Below are positions 37,302 to 48,400 of a stretch of 64,000 nucleotides of DNA, piece after piece. Both the position numbers and the translations under genes were made by a program. The stretch spans positions 896,001-960,000 of the forward strand of contig OY760935.1 of assembly GCA_963664295.1 (NCBI GenBank). Reading direction: 5' to 3'. The first letter of the stretch is position 1. The number at the start of each line of letters is the position of its first letter. This stretch comes from Candidatus Altimarinota bacterium (lineage in GTDB: Bacteria; Patescibacteriota; Gracilibacteria; CAIRYL01; GCA-016699755). Under the pieces are notes generated by a model. The model saw only the letters and a program-made list of their open reading frames with translations, made no database searches and was not told the origin of the DNA.

Positions 37302-39464
37302 ATGGCTAAATTGGAAAGAAAGATGGGATTTGCGGAAAAGGGTGAAGAATACATACGGCGTCTTGAGAGCACTAATTTTAAAAACCCCAATATTATTGGG
37401 GCATTAAAAACAAAAATTAACGATCCTCTTGAGCCACGCAATACAGATGGCTCTTTACAATATCCTGATCAAATAGCACCAGGCACTTTTTTACACTTTT
37501 TAAGTGAATTACAAAAAAATTTAAAATATCTGGGCTTTGATCAGCCTCATGAAAGACAGAACATCATTACATTTTTTATAAAATTAAGAACTGATATTGA
37601 AAATGGTGTAGCAATTGATGGTGCAAGACTAAAAAGAGCTCTAGATCTTGGCCTTCATCATTTCAAAGGCATAAATCTTTCAGGTGTCACAGTAGGATCA
37701 AGACTGGAGGGTGTTGACATGCGTAATGCTGTCATTAGGAATAGTCAAATAAACGCTGGTATTCATACCAGCAATTTAAGAGGGTCAAAAATAGAAGAAG
37801 GTACTACAATTAGAGGCTCTATTGATCATACACCGATAGGCTCAGTGAATGATGTGACGATAGAGGGCAATTTAATTGGTAGCAGTATTAAATCTGTACA
37901 AAATTTAACTGCTAAAAAAATACAAAATTGTGTAATTAAAGCTGGAAAAAATATAACTGCTACAAAAATAATAAATAACCGCACTGGCACATTAAATAAT
38001 GTTAAATGTGATTTACTCAAAGGAAACGCCACAACTGGTAACTTGCAAAATATTACAGCAACAGAAAACATAGAAGGCAATACAGTAACGCCTGTACAGC
38101 GAGGTGATGTTTTAATGGGCGGTTTCATCAACAGAGCAACAGCAAAAAATATTCAAGGTAATGCTACGCGAGGCATTAAGCAATCCACAGCAGATAAAAT
38201 AACTGGCAATACAGGCGTAGAGGAAGTTAGTGGCTGTAAAGCTGAAGAAATTAGTGGGCATACTGGCAAAAAACTTGTCATCAAGGGTAATACAACAAAA
38301 AAAATATCTAATAATCAGTGTCATACAATATCTAATAATTTTGCACAGGAAATGAGTGATAATGTGGCACTAAGAATTTCCGGCAATGTTGTTTTAGAAA
38401 AATATCTAGAAATTGCCAAAAAGGCTAAAGAGTTAGATGAACCATTTTTAGAATTTTTGCACAATTTATTACTTGCAAATGGGACTGTTGCTTTTGTCGA
38501 CAAAAAAGCTTTAATCGATATGCTTAAGGATGTTGATAAAAATCGAGAAGCCCTAGAAAAATTGTCAAATATGGACAATGTGATTAGATTTATATTTGAT
38601 TTTGCACTCATAGCAATCAATATGAGCATGAAAAATGCTATATCAAGAGCAGAATTTATTGAGGAGGAAGAAATTAAATGCGTAGTTAGACTTTCTGAGT
38701 TAGAAGAAGAAATAAGCTCATTAAAAAAAGAAATAGAAAAAACAGAGGAAGACAGCGCAGAATATCAAGAACTAACAGGCTTAATAACAAAAAAAACCCA
38801 AGAAGAAGGGGGCGTAAAAGGTCTTATTTATGAAACCTTGCCAAAGAAAAAGGCTAATAACGAAACAGCGCAGGCACGGCTCCAAGGGGAGCTTGATGAA
38901 ATTAAGATATTATCTGATTTATTTAAAAAGCCTGACCTCTTGTCTATGCCAGATATTGCAGAATGGCTAAAAAAATCAAACTATATGCCTAGCGCAATAA
39001 TGATTGTTGACAAAATTCCTGATGATAAAGATCTTTATGATATAGATGAAATTAGAGAACAAATTCTAGGCATTGATGCTGAGGGAGAAAAAATTGACCC
39101 AGAAACAAAACTCGGAAACTTTAAGGGCAACAAGGCAATAGAAATTCAAAGAAATGTACTAGGTGATGTTGGCAATGTTAAAGCTCGTTCTATTAAAGAA
39201 AACATTGTCACTGGTAGTTTTCAAAACATTCATGCTCAAAAAATAGACAGCAATGTTGTTCCTGAAATACGCGATTGCATAGCAAGCTTGTTTACAAACA
39301 ATAGACATCTAGATTTTGCACTTAGCGACCTAAGACCAGAAGATATTAGTGGCAACAAAACAGTAGACGGAAAAGATGATGATGTTCTTAACATCATTGT
39401 TCCTGGTTATTCTGAAATGACTCCAGAAGAAAAAGCTTATTTATTGGAACAATTTAATTCTTAA
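37302..39464 (+). CDS. Hypothetical beta-solenoid repeat protein with coiled-coil insertion
   Basis: 720-aa ORF; pentapeptide-like then ~8-residue IxxNxA repeats; central helical/coiled-coil block. Confidence 0.75.
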   Translation: MAKLERKMGFAEKGEEYIRRLESTNFKNPNIIGALKTKINDPLEPRNTDGSLQYPDQIAPGTFLHFLSELQKNLKYLGFDQPHERQNIITFFIKLRTDIENGVAIDGARLKRALDLGLHHFKGINLSGVTVGSRLEGVDMRNAVIRNSQINAGIHTSNLRGSKIEEGTTIRGSIDHTPIGSVNDVTIEGNLIGSSIKSVQNLTAKKIQNCVIKAGKNITATKIINNRTGTLNNVKCDLLKGNATTGNLQNITATENIEGNTVTPVQRGDVLMGGFINRATAKNIQGNATRGIKQSTADKITGNTGVEEVSGCKAEEISGHTGKKLVIKGNTTKKISNNQCHTISNNFAQEMSDNVALRISGNVVLEKYLEIAKKAKELDEPFLEFLHNLLLANGTVAFVDKKALIDMLKDVDKNREALEKLSNMDNVIRFIFDFALIAINMSMKNAISRAEFIEEEEIKCVVRLSELEEEISSLKKEIEKTEEDSAEYQELTGLITKKTQEEGGVKGLIYETLPKKKANNETAQARLQGELDEIKILSDLFKKPDLLSMPDIAEWLKKSNYMPSAIMIVDKIPDDKDLYDIDEIREQILGIDAEGEKIDPETKLGNFKGNKAIEIQRNVLGDVGNVKARSIKENIVTGSFQNIHAQKIDSNVVPEIRDCIASLFTNNRHLDFALSDLRPEDISGNKTVDGKDDDVLNIIVPGYSEMTPEEKAYLLEQFNS

Positions 39465-40480
39465 AATTGTTTTAAAAACCTTAAATCATTCTCAAAAAAT
39501 AAACGCAAATCATCAATCTGATACTTAACCATAATAATTCTTTCAATCCCACAACCAAAAGCAAAACCACACCATTCTTTTGGATCAAGTCCTGCGTTTT
39601 TAAGTACATTTGGATGAACCATGCCAGCACCTGCTATTTCTAAATAACCAGTTGCCTTACAAACCTTACAGCCCTCTTCGCCTCCCTTGCATTGTACACA
39701 AGTGGCATCAACTTCGATTGACGGCTCTGTAAAAGGAAAAAAGCTCAAACGAAAACGCAAATCAACCTCACCGCCTAAAATTTCAGATAGTGCTGTTTTA
39801 AGAACCCATTTTAAATTTGCCAAAGAAACATTTTTATCCACCATCAAACCTTCAAATTGATGAAACATTGGCGAATGAGTTGCGTCTGAGTCTTTTCTGA
39901 AAGTTTTTCCTGGAGCAATAATTCTTAAAGGTGGTTTATTGTTTTCCATGTATCTAATTTGCATGTTAGAAGTTTGTGTTCTAAGCACATGCTCATCAAG
40001 ATTTTTAAGCCAAAAGGTGTCTTGCATTTCCCTTGCTGGATGATCCGGCGGAACATTAAGAGCAGTAAAATTGTGCCATTCATCATCAATTTCTGGACCA
40101 TAAACAGAGGTAAAACCCAAACGCCCAAAAACACTTTCGATATTGCGTATCATTGCAGAAACAGGGTGTAATCTACCTCTGGAAACTGCCTTAGATGGCG
40201 CAGTAATATCAAAAAAACTACCTTCTCCTTTTTCAGCAGTGTCTAATTCTTCATATTTATCAAAAATCTTTGCTTCAAGATTTTTACGCAATTTATTACC
40301 TTCAGAACCAACAATGCGCTTATCTTCTGGTGATAGGTTAGGAATTTCACGCAATAACAAAGGCAATTGACCTTTTCTGCCTAAAAATTTAATTTCTACT
40401 TCGCGTAGATCGTCTTTGGTTTTGGCTTTTTTGATAGCGTCTTCTGCTTGTTTGCCAATTTCTAATATTTTTTCTTTCAT
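39461..40480 (-). CDS. pheS: Phenylalanyl-tRNA synthetase alpha subunit
   Basis: HPAREMQDTF, LRTQTS, DATHSPMFHQFEG, FFPFTEPS, GFAFGCGIER. Confidence 0.98.
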   Translation of the reverse strand: MKEKILEIGKQAEDAIKKAKTKDDLREVEIKFLGRKGQLPLLLREIPNLSPEDKRIVGSEGNKLRKNLEAKIFDKYEELDTAEKGEGSFFDITAPSKAVSRGRLHPVSAMIRNIESVFGRLGFTSVYGPEIDDEWHNFTALNVPPDHPAREMQDTFWLKNLDEHVLRTQTSNMQIRYMENNKPPLRIIAPGKTFRKDSDATHSPMFHQFEGLMVDKNVSLANLKWVLKTALSEILGGEVDLRFRLSFFPFTEPSIEVDATCVQCKGGEEGCKVCKATGYLEIAGAGMVHPNVLKNAGLDPKEWCGFAFGCGIERIIMVKYQIDDLRLFFENDLRFLKQF

Positions 40481-40525
40481 AAAAAAATTCTGGCTTATTT
40501 TGCGCTTTTTTGCAAGACTTTCAGC

Positions 40526-41224
40526 ATGAAATTATTTTTATCACAAGCTTGGCAAATCACAGATGAGCAATATAAAAAGCTGGAATTGCTAAATAAATTG
40601 TTTCAAGAGGAAAATAAAAAAATAAACCTCTCTGCTATTCGTGAAGAAAATCAAATTTGGGAAAAACATTTCTATGATTCACTTTTAGCTGCTGAGTTTT
40701 TTCAAAATTCACAAAAAATTATTGATCTTGGCTCTGGTGGAGGTTTTCCTTTGTTAATTTTGGCAATTATTTTTCCAGAAAAAAACTTTTTTGGACTTGA
40801 GTCAGTGGGCAAAAAATGTCTTGCTATGGAAAAATTTGCCAAAAAACTAAAACTTAAAAATGTAAAAATTATTTGCGATCGCGCAGAAAACATCGGACAA
40901 GACAAAAATTTTCGTGAACAATTTGACACCGTCACCGCAAGGGCTTTCACAGCTCATAATTCCTTATTAGAACTTGCACTTCCTTTATTAAAAATAGGCG
41001 GAAAAATAATTTCCTTCCGAGGACCAAATCACACAGAAGATGAAATAAAAATCACTCAAAAAATGGGCGCAAAAATTAAAAAAATGAGTAAAAAAAATCT
41101 TCCCTCAGGCGACAAAAGAGAATTTTGGATTATTGAAAAAACAAAAAAAACCGAAAAAAAATTCCCGCGAAAAATAGGCATTCCACAAAAAAAACCTTTA
41201 AAATTAAGCGACTTTAGGCCATAA
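40526..41224 (+). CDS. rsmG: 16S rRNA m7G527 methyltransferase
   Basis: NLSAI, KHFYDSL, DLGSGGGFP, RAE, TARA, FPRKIGIP. Confidence 0.95.
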   Translation: MKLFLSQAWQITDEQYKKLELLNKLFQEENKKINLSAIREENQIWEKHFYDSLLAAEFFQNSQKIIDLGSGGGFPLLILAIIFPEKNFFGLESVGKKCLAMEKFAKKLKLKNVKIICDRAENIGQDKNFREQFDTVTARAFTAHNSLLELALPLLKIGGKIISFRGPNHTEDEIKITQKMGAKIKKMSKKNLPSGDKREFWIIEKTKKTEKKFPRKIGIPQKKPLKLSDFRP

Positions 41225-42548
41225 GAAAACGCAAGTGAATATCTTTTTCTTTTTGCGCTTTTGCCAAAAAAGCCTCAGAAACACCTGTTCGTAAAATGTG
41301 TCTTTTTTCCAAGCGACAGAAGATTTTTAATTTTACTTTTATTCCTTTTGGATCAAGTTCCACAAAAATTTGTGGTCTTATTGTGGTTTCGTTTAATCCA
41401 AATTTATTTGAAAGTGAGGGTAAGTTTTTACTAATTTCTTCTAAGTCTGCACCTGCTTGTTCCTCAGCAGCGTTCATGAGAATTTTTTTTGCTTTTTCAA
41501 CATTAGAATCACCATCAAGCATAAAATCTATAACTACCCATGTGTATCTATACATAGCGGAAAAATTGCGCAATTTATCTTGAAAAATAATTTTATTTGG
41601 CACAGAAAGGACCTTTCCTGTTGGGCCTCTTTCGCCTGTTTCTCGCAAAATAGTATGAATTAAATGAATATCTTTGACCCAACCTCTTGCTCCCCCGATT
41701 TCAACCAAATCACCAACTTTATAGCCATGCTTCATGCCTATAAAAAACCAAGCCAAAAAAGAAGAAATAACATCGCGCACAGCAAAAGCCAAACCAGTAC
41801 CAAGCAAGGCTAAAAATGGTAAAAATGCTGCAAATTGCGAAAACAAAGCAGTAAAAATAGTAATTGCAACAATGGAATAAACTACAATGTTAATAATGCG
41901 AAATAAAACCTCTTTGCGCTTGCTGGTCAAATGATCACCATGATTAGTAATTGCTTTTTTAGTAATTCTACCAGACACTAAAACCAACAAAAGAACACCA
42001 AAATACAATCCCCAACGAGTCATTGTGCTCACAAATTCCTCCCAGGCAATTTCTTTTGTCTTTTCTATATTTGATCTCAAAACAGTAATTTCTTGCTCCT
42101 TTTTTGCAATCTCATTTTTATTACTCAAATTAGCCTGATCTTTTTGCTCTTCAAGTGTAGTAATTTCTGCTTCCACAATGGTTATTTTTTCAGCTAATTG
42201 CTTTTCTTGCTCTTGTAGCTCTTTTATTTTTTCTGATGGATAAGGAGTTTCTTTTTTGGCGCTTACAATATCTTCTTGCGACTTAATTATTTCCTCATTT
42301 AACCTAGCCAATTCTTCCAATTGAACATCAAGTTGATTTTGATATTCATTAACAAAATCGTCTTTTAAGAATTTAAGATCTATTTCTGCATTAACAAGCT
42401 TACTTTTTAAGTTATTTATTTCGCTATACATTTCTATAAAAGACTTGCCCTCAAGATCAAGAGAATTATTGTCTTCTGCTTTTGCTTGCAGCGGAGTAAA
42501 AGCAAACAAAAATATAAAGGCCAAAATAAATAATTTTTTCTTTAACAT
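41214..42548 (-). CDS. MscS-family mechanosensitive channel with extracellular coiled coil
   Basis: GLAFAVRDVISS, YKVGDLVEIG, VPNK; signal peptide plus coiled coil at N-terminus. Confidence 0.9.
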   Translation of the reverse strand: MLKKKLFILAFIFLFAFTPLQAKAEDNNSLDLEGKSFIEMYSEINNLKSKLVNAEIDLKFLKDDFVNEYQNQLDVQLEELARLNEEIIKSQEDIVSAKKETPYPSEKIKELQEQEKQLAEKITIVEAEITTLEEQKDQANLSNKNEIAKKEQEITVLRSNIEKTKEIAWEEFVSTMTRWGLYFGVLLLVLVSGRITKKAITNHGDHLTSKRKEVLFRIINIVVYSIVAITIFTALFSQFAAFLPFLALLGTGLAFAVRDVISSFLAWFFIGMKHGYKVGDLVEIGGARGWVKDIHLIHTILRETGERGPTGKVLSVPNKIIFQDKLRNFSAMYRYTWVVIDFMLDGDSNVEKAKKILMNAAEEQAGADLEEISKNLPSLSNKFGLNETTIRPQIFVELDPKGIKVKLKIFCRLEKRHILRTGVSEAFLAKAQKEKDIHLRFLMA

Positions 42549-42554
42549 TAATTG

Positions 42555-43061
42555 TTATTTAAAAATAGTGTTCCCTTTAGTATCAACAGCAACTAGTGCA
42601 GGAAAATCTTCAATTTCAAGCTCATAAACTGCTTCCGGACCTAATTCTTTAAATGCTATTAACTGAGCTTTTTTTATTTTTTGTGCCAATAACGCAGCCA
42701 CACCACCAGTAATTGAGAATAAGATTGTACCATATTTTTTAAATAAAGGTAAATATTTTTTGTCTATTTGCCCTTTTCCCAAAAGGCCAACAACGCCTTT
42801 TTTAAAAATATCCTCAAAGTATTCGCTCATTCTGCTACTTGTTGTTGGACCAAGAGAGCCAGACGTTTTTCCTTTTGGAGTTGGACTTGGTCCGCAAAAA
42901 AATAAAAAATTATTATTTAGGTCAAAAGTTAATTTTTTACTTGTGTTAATTTTTTTTAAAGTTGAGTCTCGAACTGTAAAAACTACACCTGACAATAAAA
43001 CATTTTCTCCTGTTTTTAGTTTTTTAATTTCATCTATATTTTTTAAGTTGAGCTTTTTCAC
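42555..43061 (-). CDS. Class I fumarate hydratase/tartrate dehydratase beta subunit
   Basis: GPTTSSRM, LGKG, GGVAALLA, LGPEAVYELEIEDFP..VDTKGN. Confidence 0.9.
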   Translation of the reverse strand: MKKLNLKNIDEIKKLKTGENVLLSGVVFTVRDSTLKKINTSKKLTFDLNNNFLFFCGPSPTPKGKTSGSLGPTTSSRMSEYFEDIFKKGVVGLLGKGQIDKKYLPLFKKYGTILFSITGGVAALLAQKIKKAQLIAFKELGPEAVYELEIEDFPALVAVDTKGNTIFK

Positions 43062-43165
43062 ATTTTAATTTTGCCATATTTTTGCTGTATTTACCATTAT
43101 TTATTAGGTTTGATTTAAAAAAAATAATATGCAAAAATTGCTCCACTAATAGCTTTTTTAATTAT

Positions 43166-44746
43166 ATGACTAAAAAATATTTAAAATTTTCTTTATCAAT
43201 CTTGTTTGCCACTATTTTTTTAAGTGGTTGCCAAATTCTTTCTTTAAAAAACCGCGTCGGTGAAAACTACGAACACACAGAAGAAAAAAAACAAGTTATA
43301 GAAAAAGAAGGAATAATCGCACCTAAGCAAGTTTCTTTGTTTGAGGAAGGCACCCATGTTCTTACAGACCAAAACGGTGAAGTTCTTTATATATTAAAAA
43401 GTAAAGTCGAGGATTTAAAAAAATATGAAAATAAAACTGTTTTAATCAAAGGTGAGTTAAATAAAAACCTTGAAACAGAAAAAGATGACATTATTGATGT
43501 TTTAACTATAGGCATTATAAATGAAAATACAACGGAGGATGAATCTCGTTCAAAAATTTTCGAAATTAACGATGCCGGAGTAAGAATAGTGCTAACAGAA
43601 GAGTGGTTATATAAAAAAGAGGACGATATTTGGAATTTTTTCACAGAAAATGTAGAAAAATCACCAATTAAAATGGAAATTTTTTCCAGCACTAGCGAAT
43701 CAGGGCAAGTAGCAATCACAGAAATGGAAGAGGGCACAGAAATTACTGTGGCTGGCGAACGGGCTTTTCGCGTACTCAATGGCAACAAAATAAATGTTTT
43801 TATTATCAAAAACGGCAATATTCTGCTCTTTAAATTTGACCCTCAAGAAGATGAAATATCTGAAAAATTAATATTTTTAGATCTTTTAACCAATCTTGAA
43901 TGGCTAGAAGGTGAAGTTGAAAATATTACAAAAAAAGACCCAACAATTGATTGTGGCGGAGAAGAAAACAGTCTTTGTCCAGTTGGCTACAGATGCGAAC
44001 TAGAAAGCACAAATGAAAACTCAAAAGGAACTTGTGTTGCTGTTGATGAAGCCCCAGAGCCAAAAAAAGAATGTCCTCACAAAACTAAAGCATGTCCAGA
44101 TGGTACGATTTTAGAAGTTAATCTAGAAACTTGCACTTTTGCAGAATGCCCGCAAGCACCAATAACAAAAGAGGAAGAGCCTGTTTCAACAAATAATAGT
44201 CAAGCAAGTTCAACAGAAACCCCAAATCCCGAGCCAGAAACAACAACAGAAGAGCCAGAAGAAGCAAGATCAAGCCACGAAACCGTGGAAATGGAAGTGA
44301 TCATTGATAATTCTGACACAGAAGAAGAGAACACAACAGAAAATAATAACCCCGAGGAAGAAAATGAAAACGAAAACAAAGAAGACCGAGAAATTCGCGC
44401 ACCTGGAGAAACTTATTCAACAATAGAAAATAAACACTTTTCTTTTAATGTTGATTATCCTGTTAATTATTACTGGCGTCATTTTGGTGCAACTGGCGAA
44501 TCAGTTTCGTTCATGGGTTTTTCAGATATAGAAATGGAAACCATTGAAGACGCTGTAATTCTTGTGGAAATTCGCAAAGGCGCAATAGCAGACACATCAG
44601 AAACCGCCAGAGGAGAGGACGCTATTATTCTTGTTCCCCGTGATGAAGAAACCCATTTTCGTGTAATTGGCAACAAAGAATATAAAGCAAATTTATGGAA
44701 AATTGCTCAATCCATTGAAATTATAGATGAAAATGTGCAAGAATAA
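43166..44746 (+). CDS. Lipoprotein with Cys-rich modules and acidic linker
   Basis: Lipobox FLSGC after ATG 43166; CGG..CPVGYRC and CPHKTKACPDG..C..AECP motifs. Confidence 0.78.
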   Translation: MTKKYLKFSLSILFATIFLSGCQILSLKNRVGENYEHTEEKKQVIEKEGIIAPKQVSLFEEGTHVLTDQNGEVLYILKSKVEDLKKYENKTVLIKGELNKNLETEKDDIIDVLTIGIINENTTEDESRSKIFEINDAGVRIVLTEEWLYKKEDDIWNFFTENVEKSPIKMEIFSSTSESGQVAITEMEEGTEITVAGERAFRVLNGNKINVFIIKNGNILLFKFDPQEDEISEKLIFLDLLTNLEWLEGEVENITKKDPTIDCGGEENSLCPVGYRCELESTNENSKGTCVAVDEAPEPKKECPHKTKACPDGTILEVNLETCTFAECPQAPITKEEEPVSTNNSQASSTETPNPEPETTTEEPEEARSSHETVEMEVIIDNSDTEEENTTENNNPEEENENENKEDREIRAPGETYSTIENKHFSFNVDYPVNYYWRHFGATGESVSFMGFSDIEMETIEDAVILVEIRKGAIADTSETARGEDAIILVPRDEETHFRVIGNKEYKANLWKIAQSIEIIDENVQE

Positions 44747-44767
44747 TCTTGCTTTTAAAAATAAATC

Positions 44768-45262
44768 ATGAAAAAACTTTTTAAATTCCTACTAGGCTTA
44801 ACAGCTGGGATTTCTTTGGGATTTCTTTTTGCACCTAAAAAAGGCAAAGAATTAAGAGAAAACATTGCAAAATCTGATCATAAATTTCAAGTATTTGGCA
44901 ATGCCCTGAAACAAGCCTCTAAAGACGCCTCTAAAGAAATTAAAAAATTAGTGGACTCAAAAGAGGTTCAGAAACTAATCAAAGCAGGCAAAGAACAAGC
45001 TGATGAGCTAATTGGCGTGCTAATGGAAAAAGGCGATGAGCTTTCTCTAAAAGCTAAAAAGGAATTTGCTGACATACTTGATAAAGCCTCAGATAAGGCA
45101 GAAGAAGCAAAAACAACTATCAAAAAAAAGGTTAATACAGCAAAAAAAAGTGTTAAAAAAACTGCAACCAAGGCTAAAAAAAATGTTAAAAAAGCAGTCA
45201 AAAAAACAACAAATAAAGCAAAAAGCACTGCTAAAAAAGCTACTAAAAAAATTAAAAAATAG
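44768..45262 (+). CDS. YtxH-domain protein with Lys/Ala/Thr-rich tail
   Basis: GFLFAPKKGKELR (YtxH) then KKAVKK-type repeats. Confidence 0.85.
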   Translation: MKKLFKFLLGLTAGISLGFLFAPKKGKELRENIAKSDHKFQVFGNALKQASKDASKEIKKLVDSKEVQKLIKAGKEQADELIGVLMEKGDELSLKAKKEFADILDKASDKAEEAKTTIKKKVNTAKKSVKKTATKAKKNVKKAVKKTTNKAKSTAKKATKKIKK

Positions 45263-45293
45263 TTTTATTGCAAAAATAAAATTATCTTAATTG

Positions 45294-45347
45294 CCCTTCC
45301 GGCATTTAAACTAGTGCTTATAATTTCTTTGCGAATAATGCCGTTAA
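45294..45347. repeat. Intergenic structured repeat, copy 1
   Basis: Shares CCCTTCCGGCA and TTCTTTGCGAATAATGCCGTTAA with 52550..52604. Confidence 0.85.
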
Positions 45348-45430
45348 AAAAATCAACTGAGCTATTCGGGAGTCTTTTTTGACTGCAAAAAAAATAAGGC
45401 CACCTTATTTATATAACCAAATAAGCTTGC

Positions 45431-48400
45431 TTAAATCTCCCCAATCTCAACTCCCCAATAATAATATTTAATAATCTCTTCATAGGTTTTACCTTCCTCT
45501 GCCATTTTTTGTGCACCATATCCCGAAAGACCAACACCATGCCCCTTGCGCTCCATACCCTCACACCAAGGATCATCAACCGACTTTAAATAATCTGCAC
45601 TCCAACCCCAATTTGCTTCTGCAGGTGTTAATGTGCGACCATCGCTTTGAGTAAAATAAGGGGTTTTTACTAATTTATCCTTATATTTCACAGCCAATCC
45701 ACTAGTTTCTTCCACAGCATCAAGCCAATTACCAGCCCTTTCTGTAAAAGAATAACCTAAATATTTTTGAAACTCAGCAGGTGAATCACTACCATCAAAA
45801 GGCGCACCAGCAAATTTTGTGTTTTCTGGTTGTAAATAAAAATAGGCATAAGAGCGAGCCAAAATTGCCATTACTTTTTTCTTTTCAAAATGCGTACCTG
45901 AAGCAACTTCTGCCACCCCCTTTAAATAATCTTCAAAAGACAATTCATTGATAATTGTAAACTTGCTATCATAGACTCTTGCTTCCAGCATGCCTTTAAA
46001 TCTATTATCATTAATTGATTGATCAGATGTCCAAGCCGGATAACGCTCCCAATTTTCAATTTCTAAAACGCTATTTGAAGCAGTAGGTTTAATTTTAACC
46101 ACTAAATAATCTCTGGCATTTTTATCTACAAAAATTTTATTACCATTTTTTTTAAGAGTTATTGTATCACCCGCAGAAAGTGTAAATATTTTTTCATTAT
46201 CTGCAATTACCTCCACCTGGCCGGTTGAACTTATTTTTGCTTCATTTTCCGGAAAACTAAGACGAATTCTAATATCTTCTTCTATTGCACTCGTTGTACT
46301 TTTTTCTTTTTCCTTGCTTGTTGTGCTTGTCACTTCATTTGTATTTCTGCGTTTTAATCTTTCTGGAACCTCATCCTTAGAAACCACAAACCAATAAACT
46401 GTTGGTGCTATTTTCTGGCTCATTCCTCGCAATAAAAATACAAATTTAAAATTACCAGCATATTCAGGAGTAAATGAGTAAGTAAAATTTGCTTCTTCAC
46501 CTGGCTCAACTTGTTCACCTTTGAATTTAATTTTTTGAGACTTCATGCCTGTGCCATAAACAAAAAGCTCAATATCTTCTTTTTCCCAAACAACATTACC
46601 TGTGTTTTTAAATTTTAAGCTCAAACTTGATTTTGAGTCTGTTTCTACATAAGTCACTATTTTGTCATCACCATAATAACCTGCTTCAATATGTGGATCC
46701 TGTATTTCTAATACTTGATTAAAAGTTGGCGCTCCGGGCATATTGCCATCATCAACAAGCAGTCTAAAAAATAAAACTTGCTTTCCTGGTTTGTCATAAG
46801 GAGCAAGTGAAAAGTTAAATTTTCCAGTTTTACCAGGAGCTACATTAAAATCCGAAGTAGCAACAACCTCTTCTCTGTTTCTACCAGAAAACACTGACAA
46901 AGAAACATGGTCTTTTTTCCACAAAGTATTACCTGTATTTTTTAGTTTTATACTGCCGGAAATTCTTTTTCCTGGATATGGATACTCTGGCAAAAGGGTT
47001 AATTCTTCCGTTTCTGCTCCCCAAGAAGGAGTTTCCACTTCAACTGGCTGAACCACACTACCAGAGTTTATTTTTTTACTATTTACCACAGGGGTAAATT
47101 CTAAAGTAAACAATCCGCCCCGATAGTCAGTTTCAATTTCCACATCAAAACTTGCAACTTCGCCAGGCTTAACCTTAGCTTCATTCATTTTTGCCGCTAC
47201 ATACGAACGACCTTTAATTGCAGGGTTAACTGATACCCCTCCTGTGCGTGGCTGAAAAACATAAAGCCAAGTGCTACGATCCCAAATAACATTACCAGTA
47301 TTTTTAAACTTAAGAGTGATCTCCTGTTTATCACCTGCGCTCATCTCTAAAAGGCTTATTTTTTGTGCCAACTCAGCCGCATACTTAAAACTTTTAGTAA
47401 TAATTATTTCTTCTGCATTTTCTATTGCTTTTCTAATATCAGGCAAAAGTGAATACATATTCTCACCAGGACAAGCTGTTGCCCGCAAGTCTCTATGCCC
47501 TACTAAATTGGACAAACTTTTGCCATGAAATTCTTCTGTTGCTGTTAAATCTAGTTCATATGTCAGCGCTAATTGTGGCAATAATTTTTGTAATGCTTTT
47601 ATTTGAGCGTCTGTTGGCTCTGTTTCTTGAAAATTACCCATCAAAGAAACACCAATAGTGCCAACATTATTACAATAAACATGTCCACCAATCACATAGT
47701 CACCACCAGCACGCCCCTCATAGATATTTCCATAAGGATCAATTATAAAATGGTAACCAATGTCTCCCCAGCCTTTTGAGTTCGCATGATAAGAATAAAT
47801 ACCACGCAAAACCTCCTTTGGACTGCGTCCATTTTGTACATTATTCTCTGCAGTATGATGAATAACCACTTTGAAAATTCTTTTTGAATACTGATATGGC
47901 CAGCGAAGACTTTTTCCGCCATCAGTTTTTTTAATATAATCAATTTCAAATTCTTCAGGATGCACATCTTTGATTACACCGCACTCTTTTGCTCTTTCAT
48001 AAGCAGATCCTCCTGCTTCTTTTTCCGAAACATCTTCGGTCACAACTTCATCATCAACAAAACGAAAATCTTCGTCAGCGCCCCATTCTGAACGAGAAAT
48101 TACCTCTAAATTGCCAATTTTTCGCACAGGGCCAGCTAAAAAAACTGGATTTATCTCATCGCTCGTATTATAAAAATGAACATTTATAAAATCTGGCGCA
48201 TTGCCATCATCTATACGAATACGGAGTTTTTTTGCTGTATCTTCTTGCACAAAATAAAGCTCGGAAAAAGCACTTTCGTGGTCATGGTCTGCTTCAATCT
48301 CATACCAAAGAGGATCTTGATCGCTTTGCGCAAAAACCTCTGTTTCAATAGGCATTTCCAAAGAAAAACTAGTAAATTCATGCTCAATTTCAATATATTC

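Noticed and set aside
45325-45355. dif-like site (TTTGCGAATAA resembles the XerC arm GGTGCGCATAA; also near 52585 and 53720)
   Set aside because: No TTATGTTAAAT-like XerD arm at 6-bp spacing, and multiple copies are unlike a chromosomal dif
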